NCBI RefSeq assembly: GCF_964213995.1
Contig: NC_135818.1
Location: 74,648,001 to 74,712,000, forward strand
Direction: 5' to 3'
Source of the DNA: Mustelus asterias
Taxonomy: Eukaryota
Length of the DNA stretch: 64,000 nucleotides
A program made the translations under genes and the position numbers. The first letter of the stretch is position 1, and each line of letters begins with the position of its first letter. Shown in pieces: positions 11,738 to 24,774 of this stretch. Below the pieces are notes generated by a model. That model worked only from the letters and a program-made list of their open reading frames with translations. It was not told the DNA's origin and made no database searches.

Positions 11738-12387
11738 ACTTTCAACTTTATTAATAGACATGGACTAACGGCTCACCCTCACATATTACAATTCAAATGT
11801 CAGCGACAGCTAAGAAAAAAATTGGGCAAGCGTTAACAGAATGGAAAACTTTCCAAAACAACTTACTACCCAACTGAATTTATGAATGCATAAAGAAAAA
11901 TGCAGCGGATTGTAACACAAACCTGCAATAGAAGAACCAGAAAGGCTGATTTGAACTTTGGGTGATAGCATGAACAGGAGAGTAATCAACTCAGCCCCCT
12001 GTTATACATTCCTCCCAGACTGAGCAGCTGAATCAATCTCACCAGTTTCCCATTATTCCGTAAAGTCAAGATTTAAATAAAAATGCCCCAAGACACTTCA
12101 CAGAGGCACATTCGAGAAATATTTTGAGGCTTGTGGTGTTACTTTGCTATACGAAAGGATTAGGGGCTGGAAACTCAGCTCAGGATCAAATGGAATCCAA
12201 AGGCTGCAAAACACTTTTACCAGGTTTAAAATTGCCATTTTCAGAATCCTAATTGATCCGGACAAGTTGCACAATTGTCATGCACCCAGCTTTAATGGGT
12301 GGAACCTCACCTGAAGCTGGAAGGGACTCAGCAAGCCTCATTGTGCTTGCTTGCTTGTGAACCCACATCAATAGAAGCATGAGCTGA

Positions 12388-12696
12388 GCACGGTGGCATA
12401 GTGGTTAGCACTGCTGCCTCACAGTGCTGGGTTTGATTCCCGGCTTGGGTCATTGTCTGTGCGGAGTTTGCATGTTCTCCCCATGTCTGCGTGGGTTTCC
12501 TCCGGGTGCTCCGGTTTCCTCCCACACACCAAAGATGTGTGGGTTAGGTGGATTGGCCATGCTAAATTGCCCCGAGTGTCAGGGGGACTAGCTAGGGTAA
12601 ATGCATAGCGTTATGGGGATAGGGCCTGGATGGGATTGTGGTCGGTCCAAACTTGATGGGCCAAATGGCCTCCTTCTTTACTGTAGGGATTCTATT
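12388..12696 (+). mobile_element. HE1-type V-SINE type A
   Basis: Head, V core, CR1-type tail. Confidence 0.9.
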
Positions 12697-13384
12697 AGCA
12701 GGAGGTTTTGTTCTGACAACCAAAGTAAATTATTGACTTTGTTTGATTGACATCTTCAAATGGTTATGTTTTTCTTTCTGTGATCTCTTTTGTCAATGTC
12801 TCAATGTTTATTTGAAATGTTTATTTGAAAATCTTGAAAGGTGTGAAGTGCTTGAGGCCTTTGTTATGAAACTTTAATGGTCTATCTGATCAACACTTTT
12901 TTGGGTTGTAAGAACAGCAGTTTTCATTTCAAAAGATTTGTTAATGGATGTTTTTTTTCTCATCAGTTCCACACTTGCTATTGTCATTGTATGGCTCCTT
13001 GGTTATGTACATAGTGCACACTAAATGAATGGGTGTGAAAAAGGCATGAGTTGGCATTGGGTTGGCACGATGAGTGTAAGGGGGCATTGAGGAGGGTTGG
13101 AGGGGTTGAGGGCTCGACGGAATACATTTCTGTTAACACAACTGGGATGAAGTCCTGGAGAACTGAAGATGGCCTTCATATCAACAGGCTTTGGCACTCA
13201 CCTATCCTGTGGCTGTTGATCCTTTGTTTCGGGGGTCGGCCTGCCCAACTCTATCCCCGCCCGCACCTTGCCCCAGCCATTCCCCGAATTGCGTGCATAG
13301 GCGTGCTTTTACCAAGGCAAATCCAGCAAATCAGGAAAATTTCCACTCGAGCTGCTGAACCCAGTGGCTAAAATTTGACCCTGA

Positions 13385-13558
13385 GGGTGGGATTTTCCAG
13401 CCGGCTCGAAGACTGGAAATTTAAAGAGTTAAAAATACCCAAGACTGGAAATTCCTGCCTGAGGTCAAAGGACCTTTGTACGGTCTGCCCCGCCCCCCCG
13501 CCCCCCACCGCCCGTCCGCTACGATTCCCATGGTGGGCAGGATGGGAAAATTCTGCCC
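13385..13558. mobile_element. MITE, same family as 6382-6507 (opposite orientation)
   Basis: TIRs gggtgggattttcc / ggaaaattctgccc; internal gctacgattcccatggtgggc is the reverse complement of the 6382 copy. Confidence 0.7.
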
Positions 13559-13699
13559 TTAGTCTTCAGTCAGAATAGTACAAAAATAACCTCAGGGATT
13601 GAAACCAAATCACAAATAAGGGGAAGAATTTACTTCAATAAAGCCAAGTTTATACTAATATTGTTCTAACTGAGAGTCTACATTTCATCAACATAATTT

Positions 13700-13781
13700 T
13701 AAAGTTTTAAAGTTTATCTATTCGTGTCACAAGCAGGCTTACATTAACACTGCAATGAAATTACTGTGAAAAAATCCCCTA
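13700..13781 (-). mobile_element. Isolated HE1 type B tail
   Basis: gtgtcacaagcaggcttacattaacactgcaatgaaattactgtgaaaa. Confidence 0.8.
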
Positions 13782-14177
13782 TGAGGAAAATGAGGAAACA
13801 ATGAGGAAAATAAAATTACTTTTCAAAATAGCTCAGAATATTTCAATACAAACTCCTGAGGCCTGTTTTATTCCTGCTGAATTTTATTTTGAAATAAAAG
13901 ATTCTATTTTTAAAAAACTATGGTCTTTGCCAATTGATGTTAGAGTGTGGTTACCGAGGACATTCCCTGTCTGTCCATTTATTCGTTTACTCAAACAACA
14001 GCAAAACCCAATGTTTTGACTTCCTCACAGTTGACTCTATGGTCCCACCTTTGGCATATGAATGCCTGAGTAACAATTTTATAGGGACACCATCACCTCC
14101 AAGCCCCCTCCACCTTACACACTGGGTCAGCTGCACCTCAGTTGCTGGAATCCTCACCACTGAGTCTGTGCGCTCAA

Positions 14178-14402
14178 CTCCCTTTTTGTGCACAAAACCT
14201 AGGTTGCAGCTCATGTGCAGGACTGGAAGAGTGCTGCATTGTCAACAATGCTGTCCTTCAGATAAGATTTTGATTCCTGAGGCTGTGATTGCCTCATCAA
14301 GAGGAGGCACACGATCCCGTAACACTATTCTTAAGAAGATCAGGGACATTCTCCCCCATGCTGGCCAATACCTATCCTTCAACCAAAATAAGTAACAGAT
14401 TT
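14178..14402 (+). mobile_element. Old Deu-domain SINE fragment (SacSINE1/AmnSINE-like)
   Basis: gagtgctgcattgtc...gtccttcagataaga...ctggccaatacctatccttcaacc; similar to 30560-30730. Confidence 0.55.
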
Positions 14403-14403
14403 T

Positions 14404-14735
14404 GGGCGGCATGGTGGCACGGTGGTTAGCATTGTTGCCTCACCTGTGCCAGGGACCCGAGTTCGATTCCGGTCTCAGGTCACTGTCTGCGTGAAGTTTG
14501 CACGTTCTCCCCTTGTCTGCATGGGTTTCCTCCGGGTGCTCCGGCTTCCTCCTACAGTCCATAGTTGTGAGGCTTAGGTTGATTGGCCATGCTCAATTGG
14601 CCCTTTGTGTTTGGGGGACTAGCAGGGTAAATGTGTGGGGTTACGGGGTTAGGACCTGGGTGGGATCTTTGTCAGTGTGGGCTCGATGGGCCGAATGGTC
14701 TCCTTCTTCACTGTAAGGATTCTATGAATCTATTC
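14404..14735 (+). mobile_element. HE1-type V-SINE type A
   Basis: Head, V core, CR1-type tail. Confidence 0.9.
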
Positions 14736-15036
14736 TATTTCACAGAGCGTTGACCCTTGTTCTGCTATTAACACATTTTGGAAACTTACCTTTACGCCAC
14801 TAACAATATCTTCTTTAGTCTTTAACATTACCGTTAAAACTCATTTTGTCTTGTGTCAATGACATCTTTGTCAAATCCCTCCTTGTTGCCACATATCCTT
14901 AACTTTCTATTTCGCTCCGCATACTCCACCAAAGAATATGGGGGGAAGATGAGATTGAGCTATCGAGTTAGAAGATCAACTATGATCATATTGAATGGCA
15001 CAGCAGGCTCCAAGGGCAGAATGGCCTACTCCTGCT

Positions 15037-15192
15037 ACAGTAAGAAGTCTCACAACACCTTGTGAGGAGCACCTTGACTCACCTGATGAAGGAGCAAGTG
15101 ATTCCAAATAAACCTGTTGGACTTTAACCTGGTGTTGTGAGACTTCTTACTGTGCCCACCCCAGTCCAACGCCAGCATCTCCACATCATAGT
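15037..15192 (+). mobile_element. Short fold-back Penelope-derived element with internally deleted hammerhead core
   Basis: Inverted arms 15037-15059 / 15131-15153; CTGATGA at 15083; TSD tactcctgct at 15027-15036 and 15193-15202. Confidence 0.8.
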
Positions 15193-16093
15193 TACTCCTG
15201 CTTGGGCAGGGAGGAGGACAGGAGAAAGATTCATCTTAGAGTCATGCAGAGCAGACAAGGCCCTTCGGCCCCTCAAGTCTTGGTGGGAATGTGGGAAGCA
15301 GGTGAATGGATGGTCTCATCATAATCGCTCTACATCTTGGCGAAAAAAAAATCCTGTAATAATACGGTGATAGAATACAGCTTTAGTAAAATCGAGAAAA
15401 CAATGTTTTTTTTACAGCTGTTGTGTTATAGAAAATGGGTGCGTATTTACAAAGCTGACAAATGTCGAGGCACTCATGGGGATGACTGAAAGCACATTCC
15501 CTCGTGCTACTGAGATTACACGGAGGAACTTCGGGCGTTGAGAACTAAAGATGGCAAGCAGCTAAAATCTTTCAGGAGTTCCAACCTCAAACTGTCCTCC
15601 CTCTCTCTCCTTTTCTTTACCGTTGAAGCACAAGTGTTTCCTTTTTTGATAAGTAGTGCAAATTTTCTTCCACATAACCAGATTTTTCATTTCTCATGAA
15701 ATTAAAAATCAGATTAAAATACCACAAAGCAATGCTGCTTAAGCGGAAACTGCGCCTCTCACGGTGAACAAAATAATATGACAAAGGATGCATGCAAGTT
15801 GCAGAAAAATGGCTGGCACTCGCAGAAGAGGAAATCAAATCCCGACCCTCGCTAACGCTTTCTAAAAATAACAGGGAGATTTCTCTCAAGATGTCAATCG
15901 GTGTAATGACATTCAGAGTTAGATCCGAGAGTTTTTGAGCAACTACCATGTCTGCTGAACATCTGAGTGAGAACACAAGTCCCTAATTTGCGTACTTAAA
16001 GTTCAACTCGGAGGGTTTTCCACTGGCTTCGCAGAATCAGTTTCTTGTGAATTTGTCATGAACTCTTTCCAGAATGGTTACTGTCATGGTTAC

Positions 16094-16395
16094 AGGCGGT
16101 ACGGTGGCACAACGGTTAGCGCTGCCGTCTCACTGCCCCAGGGACCCCGGGTTCGATTCCCGGCTTGGCTCACTGTCTGTGCGGAGTCTGCACGTTCTCC
16201 CTCGTGTTTCCCCCGGGTGCTGCGGTTTCCTCCCACAGTCTGAAAGATGTGCCGGTAAGGTGCATTGGCCATGCTCAATTCTCCCTCAGTACACCCGAAC
16301 AGGCGCCGGAGTGTGGCGACGAGGGGATTTTCAACAGTAACTTCATTGCAGTGTTAACGCAAGCCTATTTGTGACACTAATAAATAAACTTTAAA
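16094..16395 (+). mobile_element. HE1-type V-SINE type B
   Basis: Full head, V core and type B tail. Confidence 0.9.
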
Positions 16396-16485
16396 GATGG
16401 TACAGTGCTAAAGGCTGGCTGTGCTATCTAGGGAGAATGATGAGCTCACCATTTTTTCTCACAATCCAAATTCACATAAAATCGA

Positions 16486-16982
16486 ATTGATTTGATTTGA
16501 TTTATTATTGTCACATGTATTGGGATACAGTGAAAAATATTCTTTCTTGCACGCTGGACAGACAAGGCATACCATTCATAGACTACATAGGAGAGAAGGA
16601 AAGGAGAGGAAAGGAGAATCTAGTGTTGCAGTTACAGATAGGGTGTAGAGAAAGATCAGCTTAATATGTGGTAAGTTCATTCAAAGGTCTGATGGCTGCA
16701 GGGAAGAAGCTGTTCTTGAGTTGGTTGGACGTACCTTCTGACTTTTATATCTTTTTCCCGACAGAAAAAGATGGAAGAGAGTATGTCCAGGGTGCGTGGG
16801 GTCCTTGATTACGCTGGCTGCTTTTCCAAGGCAGTGGGAAGTGTAGAAAGAGTCAATGGATGGGAGGCTGGTTTGCGTGATGGACTGGACTACATTCACA
16901 ACACTTTGGAGTTTCTTGCAGTCTTGGTCAGAGCAGGAGCCATACCAAGCCGTGATACATCCAGAAAGGATGCTTTCTATGT
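16486..16982 (-). mobile_element. Rex1/Babar LINE 3' end
   Basis: QSITQTSLPSIDS...IKDPTHPGH peptide; (gattt)n tail. Confidence 0.85.
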
Positions 16983-17639
16983 TGGTGAAAATCTCTAAAT
17001 TGTAGCAGTTGGAAGGGACCCAGGAGTCCAGATGGTACAGATCATGAAAATGTTACCAACAGGTACAGGATAATGGACTGCTTGTGATTATACCCAGTGG
17101 ACAAGAGTATAAGTGATTTAATATCATGTTTCAGCCCTGGCTAAACCAATCCTAGTGGTTCTGGACATCACAACTTAGGAAAGGTACATGGATGTTGGAG
17201 TAAGTGCAGCTGAGATTGACTGGAATGGTACATAGGCCCGGGTTGGCATGGCTCGGCAGTCCTTAGAAATAGCAGGCAGGCCCTGATTCCCGTTCATGGG
17301 TTGTCTGATTTTCGGGAGTGCCTTTTAAGGGTGCGGACTGGTTCAGGTCAAAAGCCGGCATTCTGCGCTCCTGACCTGACTAACTCCATTGTGGGGATAG
17401 GCACGTCCCAGTCCTCTGCAGTTTTAATGGGGTTGGGCCAGCTTTTAAAGGACTCTCGATCCACAGTTTCACAGAGAGGTCATGAACCATGGTCTGCATG
17501 TGGAAACCTTTTAAAAGGTAAGTTCAAAATGTCTCCTTCATGACCCCCTTCTACATAATCCCTACAACCCCTCACACAAACCCCACTCCCCAAGACAGGA
17601 TAAGACCTGCTGAGATACCTATGGTCACTCAAACACCCC

Positions 17640-19266
17640 CATAAGAACATAAGAACTAGGAGGAGTAGGCCATTTGGCCCCTTGAGCCTGCTCCGCTATT
17701 CAATAAGATCATGGCTGATCTTTTTGTGGACTCAGCTCCACTTTCCCGCCCACTCACCATAACCCTTAATTTCTTTATTGTTCAAAAATCTATCTTTCTT
17801 TGCCTTGAAAACATTCAACGAGGTAGCCTCAACTGCTTCACTGGGCAGGGAATTCCACAGATTCACAACCCTTTGGATGAAGAAGTTCCTCCTCAACTCA
17901 GTCCTAAATCTACTCCCTCTTATTTTGAGGCTATGCCCCCTAGTTCTGGTTTCACCCACCAGTGGAAAAAATCTCCCTGCTTTTATCTTATCGACTCCAT
18001 TCATAATTTTATATGTTTCTATAAGATTCCCCCTCATTCTTCTAAATTCCAATGAATATAGTCCCAGTCTATTCAGTCTCTCCTCATAAGCCAACCCTCT
18101 CAACTTTGGAACCAGCCGAGTGAATCTCCTCTGCACCTCTGCCAGTGCCAGTATATCCTCTCTCAAGTAAGGAGACCAAAGCTGTACACAATATTTCAGG
18201 TGTGGCCTCACCAGCACCTTATACAACTGCAACATAACCTTCCTGTTTTTAAACTCCATCCCTCTAGCAATGAAGGACAAAATTCCATTTGCCTTCTTAA
18301 TTACCTTCTGCACCTGCAAACCAACTTTTTGCGATTCATGCACAAGGACACCCAGGTCCCTCTGCACAGCAGCATGCTGCAATTTTTTACCATTTACATA
18401 ATAGTCCATTTTACTGTTATTCCTACCAAAATGGATGGCCTCACATTTACCAACATTGTACTTCATCTGCCAGACCCTTGCCTACTCACTGAGACTATCT
18501 ATACCCCTTTGCAGACATTCAATGTCCTCGACACACTTTGCTCTTCCACCCATCTTGGTGTCATCTGTGAACTTTGACACACTACACTTGGTCCCTAACT
18601 CCAAATCATCTTTGTAAATTGTAAACAATTGCGGTCCCAACACTGATCCCTGAGGCACACCATTAGTCACTGATTGCCAACCAGAAAAACACCCATTTAC
18701 CCCCACTCTTTGCTTTCTGTTGGTTAACCAATCCTCTATCCATGCTAATACATTACCCATAACACTGTGAACCTTTATCTTATGCAGCAGCCTTTTGTGC
18801 GGCACCTTGTTGAGTGCCTTCTGGAAATCCGGATACACCACATCCACAGTTTCCCCATTGTCCAACATGCTTGTAATGTCCTCAAAGAATTCCAGTAAAT
18901 TAGTTAAACATGACCTGCCTTTCATGAACCCATGCTGGGTCTTCCCAATGGGACAATTTCTATCCAGATGTCTCGCTATTTCTTCCTTGATGATAGATTC
19001 AAGCATTTTCCCCACTACAGGAGTTAAGCTAACCAGCCTATAGTTACCCACCTTTTGTCTACCTCCTTTTTTAAACAGTGGCATCACATTTGCTGTTTTC
19101 CAATCTGCTGGAACCACCTCAGAGTTTGGCGAATTTTGGTAAATGATCGCAAGTGCATTTGCTATTTCCCCCACCATCTCTTTTAGTACCCTGGGATACA
19201 TTCCATCAGGGCCAGGAGAATTGTCTGTCTTTAGCCTTATTAGCTTGCCCAACACTACTGTTTTTA
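17640..19266 (-). mobile_element. CR1 LINE, 5'-truncated, covering most of the RT domain (pseudogenised ORF2)
   Basis: SPGPDG, QHGFMKGRSCLTNL, DFQKAL.KVPH, GVPQGSVLGPQLF, KFTDDTK; in-frame stop between ORFs 18482-19255 and 17732-18466; (aacataag)n tail. Confidence 0.95.
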
Positions 19267-19697
19267 GTGATAATGATAAATGGGCATCAAAGTGACAAAC
19301 TATGGCACTTTGAGATGCCTATTTGCTCACTATACATTGTATAGAAGTAATAGTGACAGTAGGATGTGTTAAAAGAAAGCTTTGATAGACATTTGTTTGT
19401 TGATCATTTTTGACTTTCTTAAAAAAAACTTTTTGTTACAGGGTAATAAACGTGTCAAGCATACTGACCCTATAAAGTTTCAACAGCTGAAAATGCAATC
19501 ACTCAAAACCCCTTCATCTAATCTAAATAAGCATTATGCAATTGACAGCATAGATCTGAGAATGAGAACTTTCAATTAAGCAATGTTATCCTGGAGCTCA
19601 GTTATTGAAATTTCAAGGGATACGAACGATTGACATTTTTATTGCTTGTAATTAAAAAGGAGTTATTCTTAAGAAAGTCAAAAATTATCAATGAATG

Positions 19698-19868
19698 AAA
19701 CAGTGAAGTGTAATCAATGGCGTAATGATGTAAACAGCACAATGATATCAGCAGTGTAATGATGTAAACATTGCTGCAATATAGTCAATGCAATAATGTG
19801 CCCACTGCAGTGATATAAATAGCACAGTGATATGATGTAAACATTGAAATGATATAATCAGTGCAATG
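19698..19868. repeat. Degenerate minisatellite (gatgtaaaca / cagtgatataa motifs), continues at 20285-20385
   Basis: Recurring tgatgtaaaca; cactgcagtgatataaatagcacag occurs on both sides of the CR1 insertion. Confidence 0.6.
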
Positions 19869-20284
19869 AACAACAAAGAACAAAGAAAAGTACAGCACAG
19901 GAAAAGGCCTTTCGGCTCCCCAAGCCTGTACCAATCATGATGCCCTAGCTAAACTAAAAAAAACGTACTGCCCTTATTCGGTTTGTATCCCTCTATTCCC
20001 TCCCTATTCATGTACCCATCCAGATGCCTCTTAAATGTTACTAATGTGCCTGCTTCCACCAGCTCCTCTGGCAGCGCGTTCCAGGCACCCACCACTCTCT
20101 GCGTGAAAAACTTCACCCGCACATCCCCCTTAAACGTCCCCCCTTTCACCATAAACCTGTGCCCCCTTGTAATTGACACTTCCACCCTAGGAAAAAAGCC
20201 TCTGACTACCACCCTGTCTATGCTGCTCATAATTCTGTAGACCTCTATCAGGTCTCCCCTCAGTCTTCGTCTTTCCAGTGTAAA
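19869..20284 (-). mobile_element. CR1 LINE 3' end
   Basis: LERRRLRGDLIEVY...FFTQRVVGAWNALP; (aacaaag)n tail. Confidence 0.9.
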
Positions 20285-20396
20285 AGTTTGTTGTAATGTT
20301 GTTTGATGTAAGCACTGCAGTGATATAAATAGCACAGCGATGCAAACAGCGTAAGGATGGTGCCACTGATTTGATGTAAACAGTCTTGGACTTGCA

Positions 20397-20525
20397 GGGG
20401 GGGATTTTCCGGCCACACTTGTCCCAAAACTGGAAACTCCCACCCAAGGTCAACGGACCTTTTCATGGACCGTCCCCCGCCCACTACGATTCCAGGGGCG
20501 GGCAGGATGGGAAACCCTCCTCCCC
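20397..20525. mobile_element. MITE, same family as 6382-6507
   Basis: gggattttccggcc...aggtcaacggacctttt...ctacgattcc...gggcaggatgggaa. Confidence 0.6.
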
Positions 20526-21116
20526 AGCAATTTGCAAGCTCCTGCAGTTGCATATGTAAAAAAGCAGGATTCCACAACACATGTAGTTTACTATTGTGAA
20601 GGGAGTTAACCAATGTAAAATTGACATTCTGTCATATCTACTGCCAATACATTTATCTGTGCATAGCTCTCGTCACCCCACTGACATCTATTGGCACCTA
20701 GTCCAGCAATGTTTCAAGTTTGTTCAAATCCCTCCAAGCGCCCTAACTCAATCGCCTGGTCCAACCCTCTGACAACTGAGCGCACCTCCAAATATGGCTT
20801 TTGCGCACTCTTTATTTCCTTTGCTGTGCAATTGGTAACCAAGCCTTCAGCTACCAAGGCCTGAAAGCTCTGGAATTCCCTTCCTGAACCTCTTTCCCCT
20901 CTCTTACACTCCTTGCTCCTTTAAGACATTCCTTAAGAACTAACTCATTGGCCAAAGGTGGCATTTTTTGGCCCTTCCCATCTGCAGGATCTCTTGGCTC
21001 CACCATAGACGAGCAGAGGTGGGTTCTTCTGCAGAGGGATGGGTGAGCCACGCAAAAATGCTGGAGCCATCAGAGCGACCACGGCAGCCAATGGCTAGCT
21101 GCCTCCATCATCGGAA

Positions 21117-21950
21117 ATATTTTTTGCGCACTATACAGACAAAACATACCATTCATAGAGAAGGAAATCAGAGAGTGCAGAATGTACTGTTACAGTCACA
21201 GTAGGATGTTGAGAAAGATCAACTTAATGTGAGGTAAGTCCATTCAAAAGTCTGACAGCAGCAGGGAAGAAGCTGTTCTTGAGTCGATTGGTACGTGACC
21301 TCAGATTTTTGTATCTTTTTCCCAATGGAAGAACATGGAAGAGAGAATGTCCGGGGTGCATGGGGTCCTTAATTATGCTGGCTGCTTTGCCGAGGCAGCA
21401 GGAAGTGCAGACAGGGTCAATGGATGGGAGACTGGTTTGCGTGATGGATTGGGCTACATTCACGACCTTTTGTAGTTCCTTGTGGTCTTGGGCAGAGCCG
21501 GAGCCATTCCAAGCTGTGATACAACCAGAAAGAATGCTTTCTATGGTGCATCTGTAAAAATTGGTGAGAGTCATAGCTGACATGCCAAATTTCCTTAGTC
21601 TTCTGAGAAAGTAGAGGCATTGGTGGGCTTTCTTAACTATAGTGTCGGCATGGAGGGACCAGGACAGGTTATTGGTGGTCTGGACACCTAAAAACTTGAA
21701 GCTCTCGACCCTTTCTACTTCATCCCCATTGATGTAGACAGGAGCATGTTCTCCTTTACGCTTCCTGAAGTCGATGACAATCTCCTTTGTTTTGTTGACA
21801 TTGAGGGAGAGATTATTGTTGCCACACCAGTTCATCAAATTCTCTATCTCATTCCTGTACTCTGTCTCATCATTGTTTGAGATCCGACCCACTACAGTGG
21901 TGTCGTCAGCAAACTTGAAAATCGAATTGGAGGGGAATTTGGCCACGCAG
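21117..21950 (-). mobile_element. Rex1/Babar LINE, 5'-truncated, open RT C-terminal frame
   Basis: ORF 21224-21997: KFADDTTVVGRISNNDETEYR...LNVNKTKEIVIDFRK...VESFKFLGV. Confidence 0.9.
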
Positions 21951-22692
21951 ATATTGATTATATTGATATAGAGAAAAGGGCACAATATCTTGTGCAAATT
22001 GTGTTTGATAATGTTCTGTAAGAACCATCAGATTTTCCATTATGTTAAGCGTGCGAGATAAAGATAAGTTAATGCTGTTGCACACATTCATTGTCTGACA
22101 GAAGCATACAAATGCACCTATATGTGTATGTTAAAGAAAAGTGGAGACACTCCACCCAACTCACCCACAAAAATTTCAACACTGGTACATGTCTCAACTA
22201 GGCACGTAAAACATGCGTACCAAAATCAAGATGAATTGGGCCTTACCTATTTGAGGTATGTTGCCCTGGCCCAACGAGAAATCCAATTAAAATATGTAAT
22301 ATATCCTTTCCAGCCCTGAGAAATTCCCTCTCCATATACACAAGTGGCATTGTGCAAGTATTGAGCCATATGTCAGATCAATCAGGTTCGTCCTGCACTG
22401 TTTCTTCTCTGCCTCCTGCACCATTTTATTGGACCTGTTTCTTTACCTCCATGCCAAGTTCCTCACCCAAGAGATAGGACCCAAAACAAAAGCTCAAGGC
22501 CATGCTCCAACGACAATATTCTTGGATACAGCATTTTAACTCAAAACTTAAATCGGGAGGCCCCATCCATTCTCAGACTAACCAGCAAAACTGAGCAGAA
22601 TTGGGGCCTGTGAGCTTTCTGAGGCAGCTTAATGTCAGCTGCACCTCACTGCACTGTCCTTTCATTACATGGTTGGTTAGATTGCTGCTTCC

Positions 22693-23055
22693 ATTTTTTA
22701 ATATTCATTTGTGGAGCATGGGCGTCACTGGCTGGCCAGCATTTATGGCCCATGCCTAGTTATCCAAGGGCAGTTGAGAGTCAACCACAGTGCTGCGACT
22801 CTGGAGTCACATGTAGGCCAGACTAGGTAAAGATGGCAGATTTCCTTCCCTAAAGGACATTAGTGAACCAAATGTTTTTTTCTGACAATCGGCAATGGTT
22901 TCATGGTCATCAGTAGATTCTTAATTCCAGATTTTTTTTATTGAATTCAAATTCTACCATCTGCCGTGGCGGAATTCGAACCCGGGTCCCCAGAACAATA
23001 GCTGAGTTTCTGGATTAGTGGTCTAGCTATAATATTACGAGGCCATCGCCTTCCC
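22693..23055 (-). mobile_element. tRNA-derived SINE with L2-like tail
   Basis: Reverse-complement similarity to 7945-8286. Confidence 0.8.
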
Positions 23056-23240
23056 ATTGAATATGTGAATACAAGGTAGTCAGGGAGTTGCCACGATGTT
23101 TGTGTACAGAGACACTCAACCATCCCCTGTTCTCTTTGACTGAGTGGGGAATCTAACATGATGTGCACTGGAGCCAAGCTTAAGTGAAGACATTTCTACG
23201 TTTGTCAAATTTGACTCTCCCTGGCTTGCTCTGACACAAC

Positions 23241-23685
23241 TTATAAGGAGAGGCTGGATAGACTGGGACTTTTTCTTTGGAGCGTAGGAGGCTTAGGGGG
23301 ATCTTATAGAGGTCTATAAAATAATGAGGGGCATAGATCAGCTAGATAGTCAATATCTTTTCCGAAAGGTACGTGAGTCTAAAACTAGAGGACATAGGTT
23401 TGTGAGAGGGGAGAGATGTAAAAGAGTCCACAGGGGCAATTTTTTCACACAGATGGTGGTGAGTGTCTGGAACAAGCTGCCAGAGATAGTAGTAGAGGCG
23501 AGTACAATTTTGTCTTTTAAAAAGCGTTTAGACAGTTACATGGGTAAGATGGGTATGGAGGGATATGGGCCAAACATGGGCAATTGGGACTAGCTTAGGG
23601 GTTAAAAAAAAAGGGGCGGAATGGACAATTTGGGCTGAAGGGCCTGTTTCTATGCTGTAAACCTCTATGACTCTCTGACTCTATA
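23241..23685 (+). mobile_element. CR1 LINE 3' end
   Basis: Closely similar to 6850-7280 and 25147-25588; (ctatgact)n tail. Confidence 0.9.
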
Positions 23686-24774
23686 ACTCGTGGAACTGAA
23701 GATAGTTCTTTTCTGTGACTGGGGCTCCCAGAGAAATTTCAATTGATCCTTGAACAGCGTTATTCTCTGCTTATTGCATTTTCCTTTATCCATTAGAGAG
23801 CCAACCAAAGGTGACCCATTTCCCCTGTGTCTCCAGCGTCCATTTTTGAGGCCTACTTAAAGCTGGATCTCAGGTCTCATTGGAAACAGAAAGAAGTTCT
23901 CCAGTTGTATTATCGAATGCCATTTGCGTCGTGGCCACATCGCTCCTGCTGTCACCAGGGCTTTGTTGGGATGAAAGCATCATAACCATAGCATTGCCCA
24001 ACAATAGGTGCTTCTGCCCTCATATCCAAAGCGTAGATTGGTGGAGAGGTAGGTAAAATTACCTTAACAACAACCGTTATAAATTTAAAACAGGAAATCT
24101 AATTTTTTGCTGACACCAACATTTTGTTCTATAAAGTTAGCAACTCCCCCTCCGCCCCCCACCCCCCCGCCCACCAATACCACTCCGCATGGACCGAGAA
24201 ACAAACTTAAAAACAGGAAAAAAAAGCAGAGAAAGTCGAAAAGTGCCTAGCTGGTGAAGGTTAGATTTGAAACGATATGCACGTTCCTCTGAGATACATG
24301 TAAGAGTGAGTGGTACTTTCCACCAGATCTTTACCAAATACATTCAAATGTGGAATTCACCTTTCCATAGTTGAGGCTCGAACCGTGAGGTAAATTGCTC
24401 TTTAATTCGCCTTTGAAAGGAGTGACGTAACTTGTTTGCCTCAATTTTTAAATTGTACAGCAATGCCATCGTTCGGCCCACCAGCGATAATGCCTTGCTG
24501 CTAAAATTATTAGTCTCTGTTAAATGATTTAAAACCTAACAAGGCTTCCTGAAGGTTGTGCCTCAATGGTTTATGTTGCAAGATGAAAGTATAATGCACT
24601 CACCCTTACAGAGACTCGGAAGTGGATCGCTACGCAGCTGATTGCTTTTGGCTATCTTCCCAATGGAGTCTTCCCAAACATTGTCCAAAAAAACCATTAC
24701 TAAGTGTACCTTTAAAAAACTCAGCAACATTTTATTTAGATTGCGGCAAGAAGGAAGGTGTACCCATGGCACCA

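Noticed and set aside
17732-19255. Long RT ORFs as functional genes
   Set aside because: 5'-truncated CR1 copy with an in-frame stop and no endonuclease or ORF1; the same applies to 21224-21997 and 41164-43018.
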